A stretch of DNA of 64,000 nt, taken from Hydrolagus colliei (taxonomy: Eukaryota). Within the stretch, counting starts at the first letter, position 1. Each line of letters opens with the position of its first letter. Both the position numbers and the translations under genes were made by a program. Location of the stretch: the NCBI GenBank assembly GCA_035084275.1, contig CM068744.1:108624001-108688000 (forward strand), written 5' to 3'. The notes under the pieces were generated by a model. It saw only the letters and a list, made by a program, of their open reading frames with translations. It made no database searches and was not told the origin of the DNA. Below are positions 1-13,774 of this stretch, piece by piece.

Positions 1-1058
1 CCTCTTGGATTTTTTACATTGCAGACAATTATTTGTCCCTGGACCTGCCTGTGCTGCACTGAAATCGATGGTTGATTAAAAAATGCTTATGAACTTTTAA
101 ACTAAATCAACTTTGATATACTTTAACAAATCAGTTTAATCCCCGCTCCCACCACCCACCCCCATTTTTCTTCCAAATCTTCACAACCACTGTTCTTGCA
201 CTTCAATGAAATCACTGGAAACATAGGCATTGTCGCCTATTTAAACAAATTGCACAAGGGATTTGCTGACCTTTTTGAAGACTTTGATGACTTAGGAACA
301 GCTGTGTCTTTTGAGGAATAAAATAATAGACAAAGTAGAACATTCTCTTCAGGCTAAATGGAGCACGGTTATTGTGAGTCTAATAAACATGTCTTTGTTA
401 TGGCTGGGGGAGGTGGGGGCAGGAAAAAACAACGACTGTCCAACAATACTATTGATATAGTAGGAAGAATCCTTCTTTGTAAGGGTCCCCATGACTCTAG
501 CATGAATGAGATACTGAGCCATAAAAAAAAATAAGGTGTACAACATAAACCAAAATACGGCTACACATATCTACATACGGCTACAGAATGACCAAATGGT
601 GATATTCCCTACTCTATGATACTCTGCCTTTTTGAAGTCCACCAGTGCTTTGTAGCGGGGAAGTCTTTGAGAAGGAAAGGTAGTGAACCATGATATTATA
701 AGGTTGCTTACACTTTGACATCTAATGTATTGGTGCCAATAGTACAGTTCCATTGATTTAGTGTATGTGATGCTATCCTTGCTATTTTAATTGACCCAGG
801 ATATACCTATAAAGCTCCACTCAAATAGTAGATTTGATAACCATCCCCAAAATGTTGGGAGCTTACTGATCCTCCAGTTTTCACATCACACTGGTATCAA
901 GGAAACGTTCCTTGTTGTTTTAGCCACCAACAAACATTTTGTTTGGCATAATTTTTCCTGTATTTAACACCAACAGTGAATATGCTATTTTTATTTTTGC
1001 ATCTTTGATAAAAACATGTGCTTAGAGTGAATGTAGATTTTGTTAACCCAATATTATC

Positions 1059-1320
1059 GTGGAGTCCCGTAGCTCAGTGGTTAGAGCATTCGCCTTGCAA
1101 GCGAGAGACCTGGTTTCAATTCCAGGCAGAGCAAAACCTTGGGCAAGTTTCCTTACTCCACACGCCTGATAATATTCCCTCAAAAAAATAAATTGGGACA
1201 CTACCATGTTTCTTACACAAATATACAGTCAATTCACTTTACAGAGTATTCTGGGAAGCATTTTGAGATGTCCAGAAGACATGAAAAGCACTACAGTGTA
1301 TCAAACGCCAGGATTATTAC
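1059..1320 (+). mobile_element. tRNA-derived SINE (major family), internally deleted
   Basis: A box TAGCTCAGTGG, B-box-like GTTTCAATTCC, CCTTGGGCAAGTTTCCTTACTCCAC, and a tail ending GGATTATTA shared with many other copies. Confidence 0.88.
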
Positions 1321-1763
1321 TGTCAAAACAGGTTCCCTTTGCTGGTGGCCTGAGATCTGAGTTCAGGCACAGGGAGTGCAGAGTGGAGGCCACGTCAGGA
1401 TATGTAACATTAAGATATTTTGTTCAATATTGTCATTAGGATTTCAGTTAAAAAAATGTATAACAGTTCAGAGTGAATGTTTTGTGCCACTGCACTGCAA
1501 AGGTTCCACAGCTCCACCATACACATAATGCAATTCATTCAAAAATCCATCGCCCGGATACTCACCTACCCAAAACTCTGTATCAATCAAATCAATCAAT
1601 CAAAAGTTACATTTATATTGCACCTTTCACGTCGAGAGGATGTCCCAAGGCACTGTACAGTTAGGTAAGGACAAGAACAGTGGGGGGAAGGGTCGGGGCA
1701 GGATGAAGAAGAGTAGGAGAATTGACTGTATATTTGACTGTATACTGTATATGTGTATTCCCA

Positions 1764-2108
1764 TCACACCAGTCCTTGCCAGGCTCCACCAGCCCCCAAT
1801 CACCAAACAGATTAATTTCAAGATCCCTTCCCACTTGTTTTCAAATCCCTTCATGCCGTCAACCTCCCTCATGCCCTTACACCACATGCTTACCTCCCAT
1901 TCCACCACTCGCTGCCTCCGCTCAGCTGGCTCCGGCCTCCTCTATGTCCTTCGTCTCTTCCACTACTCTATCGGGGGCCATGCCTTCAGCCACTACATCC
2001 TGAAACTCTGGAACTCTCTCCCTCAATCACTCTGCCTTGCCCCTTGCTCCCCTTGCCTTTCTAACTCACAAGAAGGCCGCTATATAAATGTGAGTTGTTG
2101 TTGTTGTT
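1764..2108 (+). mobile_element. L2-clade LINE 3' fragment
   Basis: PITPVLARLH..PI..QINFKI motif of the L2 ORF2 C-terminus; tail GCTATATAAATGTGAGTTGTTGTTGTTG. Confidence 0.82.
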
Positions 2109-2175
2109 GAAGTACAATTCTAGGCACTTCCTTAATGTACCCATTTTTAACCATGAACTAATTCACTTCAGTTCA

Positions 2176-2572
2176 AGGGACTTCAGTTATGGGGAAAGGC
2201 TAGATTTATTCTCTTTGGAACAGAGAAGGTTGAGAGGAGACCTAATAGAGGTTTATAAAATCATGAGGGGATTCGACAGGGTAAATAAGGAAAAACTGTT
2301 TCCACTGATGGGCGAATAGTTTCAAAACAAAGCAGAGGAGAATTTTTTTCATGCAGCGGGTTCGAATCTGGAATGCATTGGCTGAAAAGGTGGTGGAGGC
2401 CGATTCGATAACAGCTTTTAAAAGAGAATTAGATCTTTATTTAGAGAGAACAGGTCTGTTAGGTTATGGGGAGAGAGTTGGGCAGTGGGATTGAGTTGCT
2501 GTTTTCAAAGAGTCGGCACAGGCTAGATAGGTCGAATGGCCTCCTTTTGTGCCATAAAATTCTATGATTCTT
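2176..2572 (+). mobile_element. CR1 LINE 3' end, diverged copy
   Basis: DFSYGERLDLFSLEQRRLRGDLIEVYKIMRG; 3' UTR GAATGGCCTCCTTTTGTGCC followed by an ATTCTATG tail. Confidence 0.92.
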
Positions 2573-4279
2573 TGATATAAAGTACCTTGGCATAATATTC
2601 ACATGTCCCATTACAGCTTCAAGTTTTTTTAAATCGGTATATATTTTAAATATGGTAAATCTAGAAGGGGTAGGTGATTAAATAAATCAGGGCCCTGTCC
2701 ATAAATATTGAGTTAGTATATACAGAAAGCAATCAATAAGGTTAATAGGAACATGTCAAAACTAATTAACTTGAATGGTGTGAGAAACCAAGCAAACCGA
2801 AGGAAAGGTACATCCAAGGCTACTCAAAGAGATAGGCTTTCAGAAACATTTAGAAGACAAGGAAAAAGTGTGCAAGGTTTTGGGCAGGCCTCAGAGGTAT
2901 GCTTGTCACAAAACTAAGACTTCACGTAATGTAGTCGATTAAAATAAAATAACTGTTTTCTGTGCAACATTCTACATGAAATGTTTTGTGAACAGATAAA
3001 ACGTTTGGTGCTTTGAAGAATCAGCCATCAAAATGAAAACCCAAGTCTTGAAATTAGAAAACCTTCAAAGTTTAACCATAGTCATAGCTGTCCTATGTTG
3101 GATAATGTCAAACACAGCTATTAGTGCAAATCAATGTTGTGGTTTTGAATTTAGTTTTGGAAATTAAGTTGTGTGTTTAAAATGTTTAGTGACAGGTTAT
3201 CATTACCATTCTTTTGAATTCACACCTTGTTCTCCACATTCGTATTGAGAAAGTTGATAAACTGTTATGCAAGGAACTTCGAATAATTGACCTTTAACAC
3301 GACGGTAGAGAATAATTAAAAACATTACAAGGAAAGAGTTAAGAAATGGGTGAAGAGATATTTATAACTTTATGCTGAGGCTGGAAAGGACCCGACAAAC
3401 CAATAATTTGTGCAAGGGAAAAAGGCTGAATGGCCTCCTTCTGGGCTGTATAATTCTATGATTCTATGAGGTGTAACGTTCAACATGTCCCTCTCCACAT
3501 TAAACAATTTTTCGATTTATGTTGCCTCAGAGGTGTGAGCCAGAAAAATAACTATTTAAGTGGTGAACAATAACTTTGACTGCAAGACTGATGCATTGTT
3601 CACAGGGACAATTTGCCACCACTTTCAGAGCCATTGTTGGCAACCTAACAATGCCTGTTTTAAAAGAACGACACCATTACCACCTCTTTCATCCACCAAC
3701 AAAAAGCACCACAATCCTGTCAGAAAGGCCTGTAACAGATACATCATGTCCTTCCACTCATTAATAACAACAACAACAATACACGTCGTTGATGAACACA
3801 TCAACTTGGGTGGGTGACTGTGGGAAGGCTAGCTTTACCCACTTTTCCAGAGGGATGGGATTAACCTTATTGACCCCTTACACAGAGCTGGAAAACATTC
3901 CGGATAAAATCCCAAGATTTGGCAACATATTTTCATGGCTTTCAATTTCATCATGAGGGCCTCATTCACTCAATAGGGTGGTTCGCTTCAGGATTATTTG
4001 TGGGGCACTATTGTGTGCAAAAGCGGCTGCCACATTCACCTACAAATATATAGTCACATTACAGAAACGGCTTTAAAGAGATATTCACTGTGATAAGATT
4101 CGGTATCAAATGAAAGGATTATTATTATTTATAATCCTCCTTTGCACAATACAGCATCTTTTACCTCCCCTCACCGCACATAAATAATTATAGCCCCAAA
4201 GTTGCTCCCCCAAAAAGTGATCCTAGTCAGTCTCAGGTTGCACTTTGCAATCTCTGGACCACATCCCCTCATTAAACTG

Positions 4280-4580
4280 ATCAGTTAGCTGATCCCAGCC
4301 AGAGCAGAAATCGGGGTAGTATTACTTCCCTCGGGTTTCTTGGGTCAGAGTGGGGGTATGAAGCAGAAAATAAAAGACCCAAATTTCCCATCGGTATTCA
4401 GTGACAGCTATTGCGAAACTGCAAACTGTTTGGCAAGGATTCGACATGACTGATTGTTCACATCGTTGTACAGTTTGTTAACCCTTACTGTTTCCGTTCA
4501 CACATGAAGAATGGCCATCGGAGTGATTCAGAAGAGAGCATACAACCTCCAAGGAACTGCACCTCCGACCTTCAAAAGGG
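4280..4580 (+). mobile_element. Old SINE-like interspersed repeat (family B)
   Basis: Shares TTAGCTGATCCCA...TCACA(C/T)ATGA(A/T)GAATG(G/A)CCA with 11770-12090 and, inverted, 44100-44370. Confidence 0.55.
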
Positions 4581-4719
4581 GACAACAACAAAATTACAAT
4601 TGTATAGCAACAGTTTAAGGTAAAAATACAAAACAAAATTATTATTTTCCCAGTCAGTTGTGTGCACTATTTTGAGGCATTCTCCTAGATTGAAAAGCAT
4701 TGTACACGATACAAGTGTA

Positions 4720-5170
4720 CGTTTATATTGCTTTTCACATTGCAAGGACGTACAAAGGCAATTGACAGTCCTGGCTTGGCATTGATGGGGGTGGGAGGTG
4801 GGGTAGGGGTGAGGAGGAGAAAGAAGAGAGACATGGGATGGGGGTAGGGGGGAATGGTGGAGTTGGAAGGGTTTCAGAATGGAGTTCCATAGAGTGGAGT
4901 TGCTCGCTTGGCACCCCAGTCTGGGGAATTAGAAGAGTGAAAGCCTAAGCGCTGATGCCGCTAAGGTGGGCATGAAACAGGATGGTGCCTGCTAAGCAAA
5001 GGGAGTAACTGGGTTGGTATAATTTGAAGAGGTCACAGAATAGGGTGGGGCAAGACCGTGCAGGGATGGGGAGCCAATGAAACCAGTTTGGATAGTTTGG
5101 GGCTTGTGTCAGGAAGAATTGGAGTTGTCAAGCCATATAAGTGTAGCTTTGTGTCAGGTCTCGCTGGGTA
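4720..5170 (-). mobile_element. Degenerate L2 3' fragment
   Basis: Reverse tail TTTATATTGCTTTTCACATTGCAAGGACGT and purine-rich GGAGTTCCATAGAGT body. Confidence 0.55.
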
Positions 5171-5660
5171 GATTTTCAGGCATCAAGAAGGTGAAGAAAC
5201 TAACAAACAGACCCTTCCCTCTAAGGCAGGAGATTGTGGACTCAAGCTATGTGTCAGGACTTGAGCTCATAGTCTAGGCTCACACTCAAGCACAGTACCA
5301 AGAACTGTGTTTGGAGCCTTTAACCACAACAACAACTTGCATTTATGTAAGAAAAATTAATTGACTATATATGTGTGGGTAACTTACCCAAGGTTTTACC
5401 CTGCCTGAATTCAAACCCAGGTTTCTCGCTTGCCAGCTAGTCTGGCTTATCTGCAGTACTTAGAGGGGCAGACCAGTTCACAGGGAGCTGTGGAAACAGG
5501 GAATTTTACAGTGTATTCTGTGAAGTGTTTCGAGACATCTAGAAGACATGAAAAGCTCTATATCAAATGCAAGTATTATTAATACTCTATTATGTAGCTC
5601 CCTTTACATAGGGTAGAGTCCTGCTTAAAGCAGAATCCTATCTCCCCGAAGGGAGAGATA

Positions 5661-6294
5661 CAGGTACCCCTCCCCAACCGTGGGGATACGTTCCTGAAAA
5701 CCTCCACGGTTGGTAAAACCGTGGTTGGAAATTACAGGGCCCTATGGGAAACATGGGGACGGGTGGGCGAGTAAGTTTGGGAGCATTGGCTGCCAGGATC
5801 TGCAGCAATTTCCGAGGCTGTCTGACTGACTGACCGATCTACACACGACAAGACACAGAGGGAGAGAGAGAGAGAAATGACACGGGGTGGGGCGGCGGGG
5901 ATGTGGCGAAGGTGGTGTGGTGGGTGACACGGAGGTGGGGGGATGTGGCGAAGGTGGTGTGGTGGGTGACACGGAGGTGGGGGGATGCGGAGAAGGTGGT
6001 GTGGTGGGCGACACCGAGGTGGGTGGATGCGGGGAAGCCACAATAAATTCATGTTATTTACCTTAATCGTAAGAGAGAAGCGACATCGGCGGTGGTTGAT
6101 TGCGACATCGCAACTGGGTCCTAGCGGCAAACGCTAGCGCAAAGCTAGTTGATGCAACTGGGTCCTGGCGCCAAACGCTAGTGTTAGTGTTAACACCCGT
6201 GGATGTGCAAAACCCATTGCCGTGGTTGGCAAGGGCTGACGCAGCGAGCCAACCGTGGATAAGTGAAATTAGTGGTAGAAACGCGGTGTACCTG
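5661..6294. mobile_element. Non-autonomous Tc1/mariner (Tigger/pogo-like) MITE, copy 1
   Basis: Begins TA|CAGGTACCCCTCCCCAACCGTGGGGATACGTTCC and ends ...GCGGTGTACCTG (right TIR partly deleted); colinear with 58754-59580. Confidence 0.82.
5879..6035 (+). repeat. G-rich 42-bp minisatellite (about 3.5 units) inside the MITE
   Basis: Unit GACACGGAGGTGGGGGGATGTGGCGAAGGTGGTGTGGTGGGT; produces the 14-aa repeat in ORF 5742-6041. Confidence 0.9.
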
Positions 6295-8547
6295 CGTTAG
6301 AGGTCCCATGATATTATTCAAAAAGAGAAGTTTCCCTGAGTACCAATAATAATCCAATCAATTTATCATTCACCTTATAACTATTTGTGGGACCTTGCTG
6401 TGAACTACTATACTGTATGTACCTAGAAATACACCTGTTTGATTATACAAGTGTAATTTTGTTGTTGTTATCTCAAATACATTTTTAAGATTTAAGATTT
6501 AAAATCTTGCAATGGATTTCTTGATTTCGGCACTCTCTAAAAGTGTAAATCCAATAAAAAGAGTGGGTGAGACAGGCAGAGTGGAAACATTTCAAGCTGG
6601 ATTCATTGTAGTCGCTTGTTCTTTTTCAGCCTAAACTTATGCAGCAAGCAAACGTAAGGGCAATACCGATTTACAGCATTGATGTATTCCCTCAAATTTC
6701 CTCAGCTATACACAACAAGCACACCGACTTTATGCTCTCCATCACAACAAAAATCGTAAATTTGCAAAGTGTCTATGCTGGTGACTGCATTAGCACCGTT
6801 CCACAAAAAAAACCTCAATTTAATTCCAGGGTTTTCAAAAGTAGTTTCCCATTGATAATTATCTTTGTGTGCGTCTCCTTGTTTTGTTGCATTTTCAATC
6901 AACATGTCCTTATTCTTTAAATAACTCGATATTTACGAGTCTTCAAAATTTATCTCCAATCCATAATCCAAAAAGTGTCTGTCGCAAGATAGCAAGACAT
7001 GAGGGAGGTTCGAATGACATCAAACTGATAAGACTGACGCATCAGCCACTATTAATAGCCACCTAATACCGTGGATGCATTATACCCTTCAATCACAGTT
7101 TAACCTATGCTATTTTGATTTAATGTAATGAGGCTTTTTGCTGTAAATAATTGACAGAAGTGATCTTTAATCTGTTTCCCTTGCCATAATTGGGGTAAGA
7201 TCAAGTGTTTTACTCATTCAACCTGCTGGTGACCTAAACGCACACTTTCAATTGCTGCTAACTGCTCCCGAGTCACGCTGCTACTCGCATTGGTGTGAAA
7301 CAATAGCATCTCTTTTGACAATGAACACGGTCGCCTTTATGTTGTTGGTTATACCAGGGACTTCCGAGCCCTCCACCAGCAGGAACCCAAAGGCAAAAAC
7401 GTACCAGTGGATTGTATCTTCATGACACAGAAACATGTTGTGTACCCTGACTTATGAGTTACAAGTTATGACATAGATAAATGTCAATAATGCACATTAA
7501 GCAAAACACAAGTGGATAAAACAAGTAACACATGATTCTCGACAGCCCTGTTAAAGTCAAGCAACGTCTACAATGTGATGAACGAACTTCAGCTTCCTGC
7601 GGCTGGTAGAAGAGCTGTTTACAAAGAGAACTTTTCAAGGTGCTGGTTTGTTTACTGTATGACCATTATAGAACATAAAAAATAATGTAAAATCTTAACC
7701 AACATAGCTTGAGCAACAATCAATATTTGCTTCTAAATGTCCGACCATCTGCTAGAAACCACTAATGGCCATTACAGGTCAGTTAGGTTGTACATGTGAG
7801 TGACAGATAACCCTTAGGTTAATGCAGCTAAACAAAGAAATACATGGAATGCTATGCTGTTATTTAAGTGGCTTGTTATTAAACAAATGGGAGTTCCATT
7901 TGATTACACAAATCTTCCTAATTTCAACAGAATCCTGTGATTTTTCTTATTAGGCTGAGAAATTGTGTAATTATTACACAATGGATATAGTTTCAATCAG
8001 TTTTTCGATGAATATTATATACGGCACGTTTATAAATCAGTCTTTGGGACACAGATAATTGCAGAAAACTGATAGCTCATCATGCAATAAGGCGCACAAT
8101 TAGCATTCCACAAAAGCATGCACCCTAATGTGCATGGACAGTTAGTCACCAAAAGCAAGTTGTTTAATAGACAACTCATGAAAGAGTGCTGTTCGATAAT
8201 ATAAAAATCCTTGCATTTGATATTGTGCCTTATCACATTGTTGAGACATCTCAATGCGCTTCACTGAATATACTGTAAAGCGACTGTATTGACTGTATAT
8301 TTTGTGAGTGAAACCGGCAATGTTGAATATGTGGATTTATTTCCTGAGTCTTCATCACATATCCTCTCTTTTGCATGTGTCCCAGCCCCCCCAAAAATGG
8401 TTGCAAAGTAAATGCAAGTCACAGCATGTAATTCCTTATGGTTTTTGTGCTTACACACACATCATTACTCTGCCTGTCTTGTAACCACGGGCAATCACAC
8501 ATACATTTATGAAACTGTACTATAATTTAACTGGGTATAGGGATTTC

Positions 8548-8900
8548 ACTATAACTACAATAACCAAGTTACATTCATGGAGTGCCTTTCACGTCGGGAG
8601 GACATCCCAAGACGCTGAACAGTCAGGAGTCAAGACCCGAGCATGAGGGAGGGGCAGGGTAGGGGGAGTGTAGGGAGAGAGGTGAGAGGGTGGCAGAAGG
8701 CATGATCGAAAAAGAAAGTCTTGAGACCGGCCTTGAAGGAGGCAAGGGAAAAGGCAAGACGAAGGGACTGTGGGATGGAGTTCCAGAGTGTGGGGGCAAA
8801 GAGGGTGAAAGCCTGGCCACCGATGGTAGGGCGGGTCGGGCAGGAGACATGAAGCAGACCGTACCCACTGAACGGAGGGGGCAGACAGGGGGCGCTTAGA
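8548..8900 (-). mobile_element. L2 LINE 3' end
   Basis: Reverse tail GTGCCTTTCACGTCGGGAGGACATCCCAAG; RPTIGGQAFTLFAPTLWNSIPQSLRLA..LASFKAGLKTFFF is the L2 ORF2 C-terminus. Confidence 0.88.
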
Positions 8901-11769
8901 ACTTGAGCGTGACTGTGGTTTGAAGCTACAGCCTGCTGCACTTCAATTTCCAGGTAATACACAATTCCACTGCCATAGAATGTTAATTGATATTTTCTCT
9001 TTGAGCAAGCATAAATAGGATTCAGAAGGTTATGAACCTTCACCACAACCTTATACAGTACTAATAAGTGGTGCTGAAGTAACCAAGATCTGTGTAAATC
9101 AGTGCTTTGTGTACAAGGAACATTATAATAATAATACTAGCATTTGACATAGACCCTTATGTCAGGCTCAGACATTTCAAAACGTCTCACAGGATATACT
9201 ACACAGTGAATTGACCTTGTATTTTGTGGGTGAAATGGAGTAGCCAATTGTGTATGGTTTGAATTTATTTTTTCCAGAGGCTCTGAACATGCCTCATGTC
9301 CCTTTGGCAGACTACCAGGGCATTTTCTTGTATATTTGGCAATCCCCAGCAATAGCACCATCTTCTTTGATGAAATTTAGAAAGAGGATCAGTTTGTTAA
9401 CGGACTTTTGAATTTTACAGTGTAGTGGTTTTGCAACCAGACAAAATGTTAAAGGAACTTTGATCACGTTATTATGCATAACAATTCACGTGACCTTCTG
9501 GTATTAAAGCCACACAAGTTATTGCTGTGCCACAAATAAATATAAAGTGCAATGTTTTCATCACTGCAGCATCGATTTTTCAGGTCAATCTTTCTTGTGA
9601 ATATCCTGAATAGTATATAACACTATTATAATAAGTGAATTATCTTCGAATTTAACATCAGATTGAGAAAAAAGTTTAAAAGACCAAATTAAAATATTCT
9701 AATCAACTCTTATTTTTACCTTGATGACATGGATATATACAAATTAGAAAACCAGAGTATTTTCAAAAACAAGAGAAAGATAAAAGTACCTAGTAAGGTC
9801 TTCATTCTTTGAAATGAAAGCACTCTCCTTTCATTTCCAAACAGATACTAAAAAAAATGAACCAAGCACTTCAATAAAGACAAGCCGCCAGGAGATGAGC
9901 TATTCTCTGATTCAGGCATCATCACATTATTTATTAACTAGATAAGTGGATATCCAAAGCTGCCTCAGTCTCTTCTGAATCCTAAATCAATAGGATCTGT
10001 AAATGCAGTTCAAAGACAAATCTGGCACAGAGAGCTGCAGAATTTCTAATTGAGAGAAATAAATGGTCTTGAGAGGTCCAGTACATCCAAATAGGACTGT
10101 TGTCTTTCAAACGCTGGAACACTCGTAGCAAAGCATGCAGGTTTACAAGGAAAATGAAGGAAATAATTTCTTAGTGCCAGGACTACAACTGTTGCCAACA
10201 TGGATATGAAATTTCAGCCATATTTGGTAGCATTGTTAGGTTAGAGGCTTTAAGGTGGTATTGATTAGAATAATATTCAATTTTCTACTCCTCTCTTATA
10301 TTCTCTACATTGAACATCATTCAATTTTAACTCACAATGCCGTCTCGCTGCTAAGCTGTCCCTTCTGTGGCTTCAACAGAACATACTGTAATGCATTTCA
10401 GCTGATACAAGTACAAGGCACCTTTGAAAGATATTCAAATGCACATGCATCAGATAGAAGAGAAATGTTAGCAGACCAAATCTAAAAGGCAATTACTTTT
10501 ATTTCACTTTTAGCACTTTCTAGTAAATGAAGCAACAGTTATTAGAAAAAAAAAACCACAAGGACAAAGGAAATCATTGAATGCCATGGAGTCTGGAGAA
10601 TATAAAGCTTGTTTTGTGTACCATTGTCCCAATTGTACTGTCATGCTGCCCATTGTATTAAATTGGCCAAATGACCTGAATGCAATGCTGAACAGGATGA
10701 GCACATTGTATGTCTAGCGAACTTCATCACAACCCCATGAAAGTAACATTTTCGGCCAATTTGGCACAGATTTCAAAAATATATTTTTTTTTGGGGGAAA
10801 AAAAACTTTTATCACCCTCTTGTTCTGATCCAAGGACATGACAAAGGAAAAAAAAAATCTGCAGATGTCCTCAACATAACCCTTAGAGCACTCTGACATA
10901 GATTATTTTTTCTCAAGGTGAAAAGTGTCTCTGAATGTCATCGTCAACTGTTGCTGATCACAGTCTCATTATTGGCTTTATGATGATACTGAGTCATAGA
11001 TTAATGCAGCTGCACTACAGTGTCATAACTTTGTTCACTGTGTTCATCTTTCACCTTTCGATTGACTACAAAAGAGACCCCTTGAAATAATGAAATTGTG
11101 CCTTAAAAATAAGTTACTTTATTTTCCCAAATTGAACAGTAACCAATTGTCGAAGGAAGAGAGGTAGAAAATGTAAATATTTGAAACAACATAAATTCTA
11201 ATTATAAGACCAACAAACAGCAAAGGCGATGGCTTTTTTATGAAATTTAACTTGGATTAAATTAGATTTATTTATGACCTTAGAATGAGCAAATGTATTA
11301 CTGTCATTCATGTTAATGTTTTTGATTACTGTGCACAAGGTGAAATCAGAACCAGTCAGTAGATTGAGACAACACCCAAATCCCTAGACCCCTGTTGGCA
11401 CTCTACGGGTTTAAAGAGAAGCTTGATGGCTGGCAACAAAAACATATAGAAAAACAAGAAGGGGAGAGTGGGACAATTTCCAAATAAAGTTAAACTTTAC
11501 GAATGCCGTATGTGAAATGTTTTTTTATCCCATAAACACTTGTACCTTCTATTAAACAAATGCACACTGTTGAGTGGAGAAACATTAGTATGAAAATAAA
11601 CTTTGAATTGTCTATTAAAAGAGAGGAAGCAACTAGAAAGATGATAATAGCGAGAATATATAACACTTTTAGTGAGTCAGCATTATTGACCAACATTCTT
11701 TGTGCTCTCCTAACTTAAAGGTATCATGCAGAAGAACTCTAAGCAATACAGACAAAAAAGGCACAAACG

Positions 11770-12090
11770 TTGGATTCAAAGTCTATACTGAATTAGCTGA
11801 TCCCAAACAGGGCACTGATAAAGAAATTATAATTGACCCAAGCTCCTTGGGTGAGGGATTGGATAAATAGGCCAGGATTTGTACTGTGATCAGTACTCTC
11901 CATGTCCTCACTAGAAAATGCACATGTATTTTAGCCATATGATGAGAACACAATCAGCCTCATGTATGGCTCATGGTTGGCTGGCCTGACAACACTCACC
12001 ATCTAGGCTCACATATGATGAATGACCACTTTAGGCAAGATGCCAAGGCCTAGGCACCCTTAGGACAGGATTCCAGTAAGATTCAACACT
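11770..12090 (+). mobile_element. Old SINE-like repeat (family B)
   Basis: ATTAGCTGATCCCAAACAGGGCA...AACACTCACCATCTAGGCTCACATATGATGAATGACCAC, homologous to 4280-4580. Confidence 0.55.
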
Positions 12091-13774
12091 TTGAGAGAAA
12101 AGGATTTTCTTTTCCAAGCAAAATACAAACAAGATTGTTTATCCTTATGGACTGTGGCTTAGCATTCCAGACAGACCAAAAGGATTCTTTTTAAAAAGTC
12201 GTAATTACACAACATCTTTCACAACACATTGGAATGCTCTATGGGAGGTGACCATAGGCCCAGTTGAAAACGTGGGAATTAAAGATAGGTAGGAGGGTAA
12301 GGGAGCAATTGAACCAAGAAACTCCAGAGATGAAGTGCATAGTTGCTGATGGTTCAGCTATTAGTAGTGGCACAGAAGAGTTGGGGATACTGTACTTAGT
12401 AGTCCTGCCTTAGCTGAGAGAAAATAGCAGGCAGTGAAATGGGGTAAGAGCAGGTCAGAGAGGTGTTGGATGTGGACCTTGAACTCAATCCATATGTAGC
12501 CATGGACCCAGGCAAGGATTGGTGTGATGGGTGTGTGGAGTTTGGAGTGGATGGGAATATGTAGGAAGTTAAAGAAAGTTATATGAGAACTTAAAAGAAA
12601 GAATATTATTCATTCACCAAATGCAGATCAAAACTTATTAATGCAACAAAAAAGGCGATTCAATCGATTTGTGTGATTTGATATCAGAAAACATCCAAAT
12701 AAATACTCACTACTTTTGAACATTGGGATTTTTAAACATCAAAATATTTTTGACAAAATAATTACTTTGCCAAGACACTTCATTTATGCTCCTCCTACAA
12801 TGAATGTAGTGACAAAAAAGTTTATTTGCAGAAAATATGTATGAATTGCCAGCTATCACACTTTAAATACTCGTACTGAAATCAATGTCTTGAAAATAAC
12901 AAAAAAAACAATTAAAATGGTTTTCATCCTCAATGCCAATTTTATGTGTGTTGCCAAACTATGGAGCAAAGATTTCCTACAATTCTCATATGGAAGAAGT
13001 GCCAATTCAGTTGTTAAAAGGAATCTTAGTAACCATTTTAGTTGGTATATGGGATGGTCATAGTTTGAGGGACAGAAATTATGAAAAATAAGACAATGAG
13101 TAAAGGGAGAAAGGAAGAATACACTTAGAATAAATGAGACAGGCATCAAAACGTCTTAACAAATTGAGAAGCGTTTTAGGTAACGTTACATTTATTGGCT
13201 CAGTTTGTAGCACTCTTGCCTCTTCAGTTAGAAGGATGTGTGATTAAGCCTCACGTCAGGATTTTGAATTATGACAAGAATTATTATTTGGTGTGTATGT
13301 GAATGAATTAATGTGGAGCTAGGGACAACAGTTGTGGACAGATTTTCTTGGCATAATCATACTCAGATGTATGCAGATAATACAAAAGTAAAGATTCAAG
13401 TTTGTTGTGTGCAGAAGGCTTTTTATGCAATTGAGCACTGCTGCATAAAACTACACAATATTATTTATTGTCAATTACCAACCCCAAATTGAAAAAGAAA
13501 AAAGAAAAAAGAAAAAAAGGCAAAATGTCCATCAATCGTATAATTTGCCATTAATTAAAAACATTTAGATGCATTTTTACTTGCGTCACCTGTCACTTTC
13601 ATTGTATATCATCAGTAATTGACTATAAATCTTCACTACTACAGGTACCAATTTACAATGTACCTCTTGTTTTTTATACAGAGGTACAGATAAATTATAC
13701 TTTATTATACAAAGTATGGATTGTACCAGATCACAGCTAAAAGACCTCTTCTAGCTCTGGAGCAGTGAACCTAC

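Noticed and set aside
1061-1135. tRNA gene (Ala/Val-like)
   Set aside because: A and B boxes are present, but there is no proper acceptor stem and it runs into a repeated SINE body
5879-6035. CRISPR-like array
   Set aside because: Head-to-tail repeats with no unique spacers, in a eukaryotic context
13659-13688. TGTACCTCT...AGAGGTACA 9-bp stem near the exon donor
   Set aside because: Short enough to arise by chance in 64 kb
1-13774. Downstream PDE10A exons (DESAPKEVSR micro-exon and YQDTNMQGVVYELN exon)
   Set aside because: No match with suitable splice sites found by eye; they may lie beyond the window, although a diverged micro-exon could have been missed
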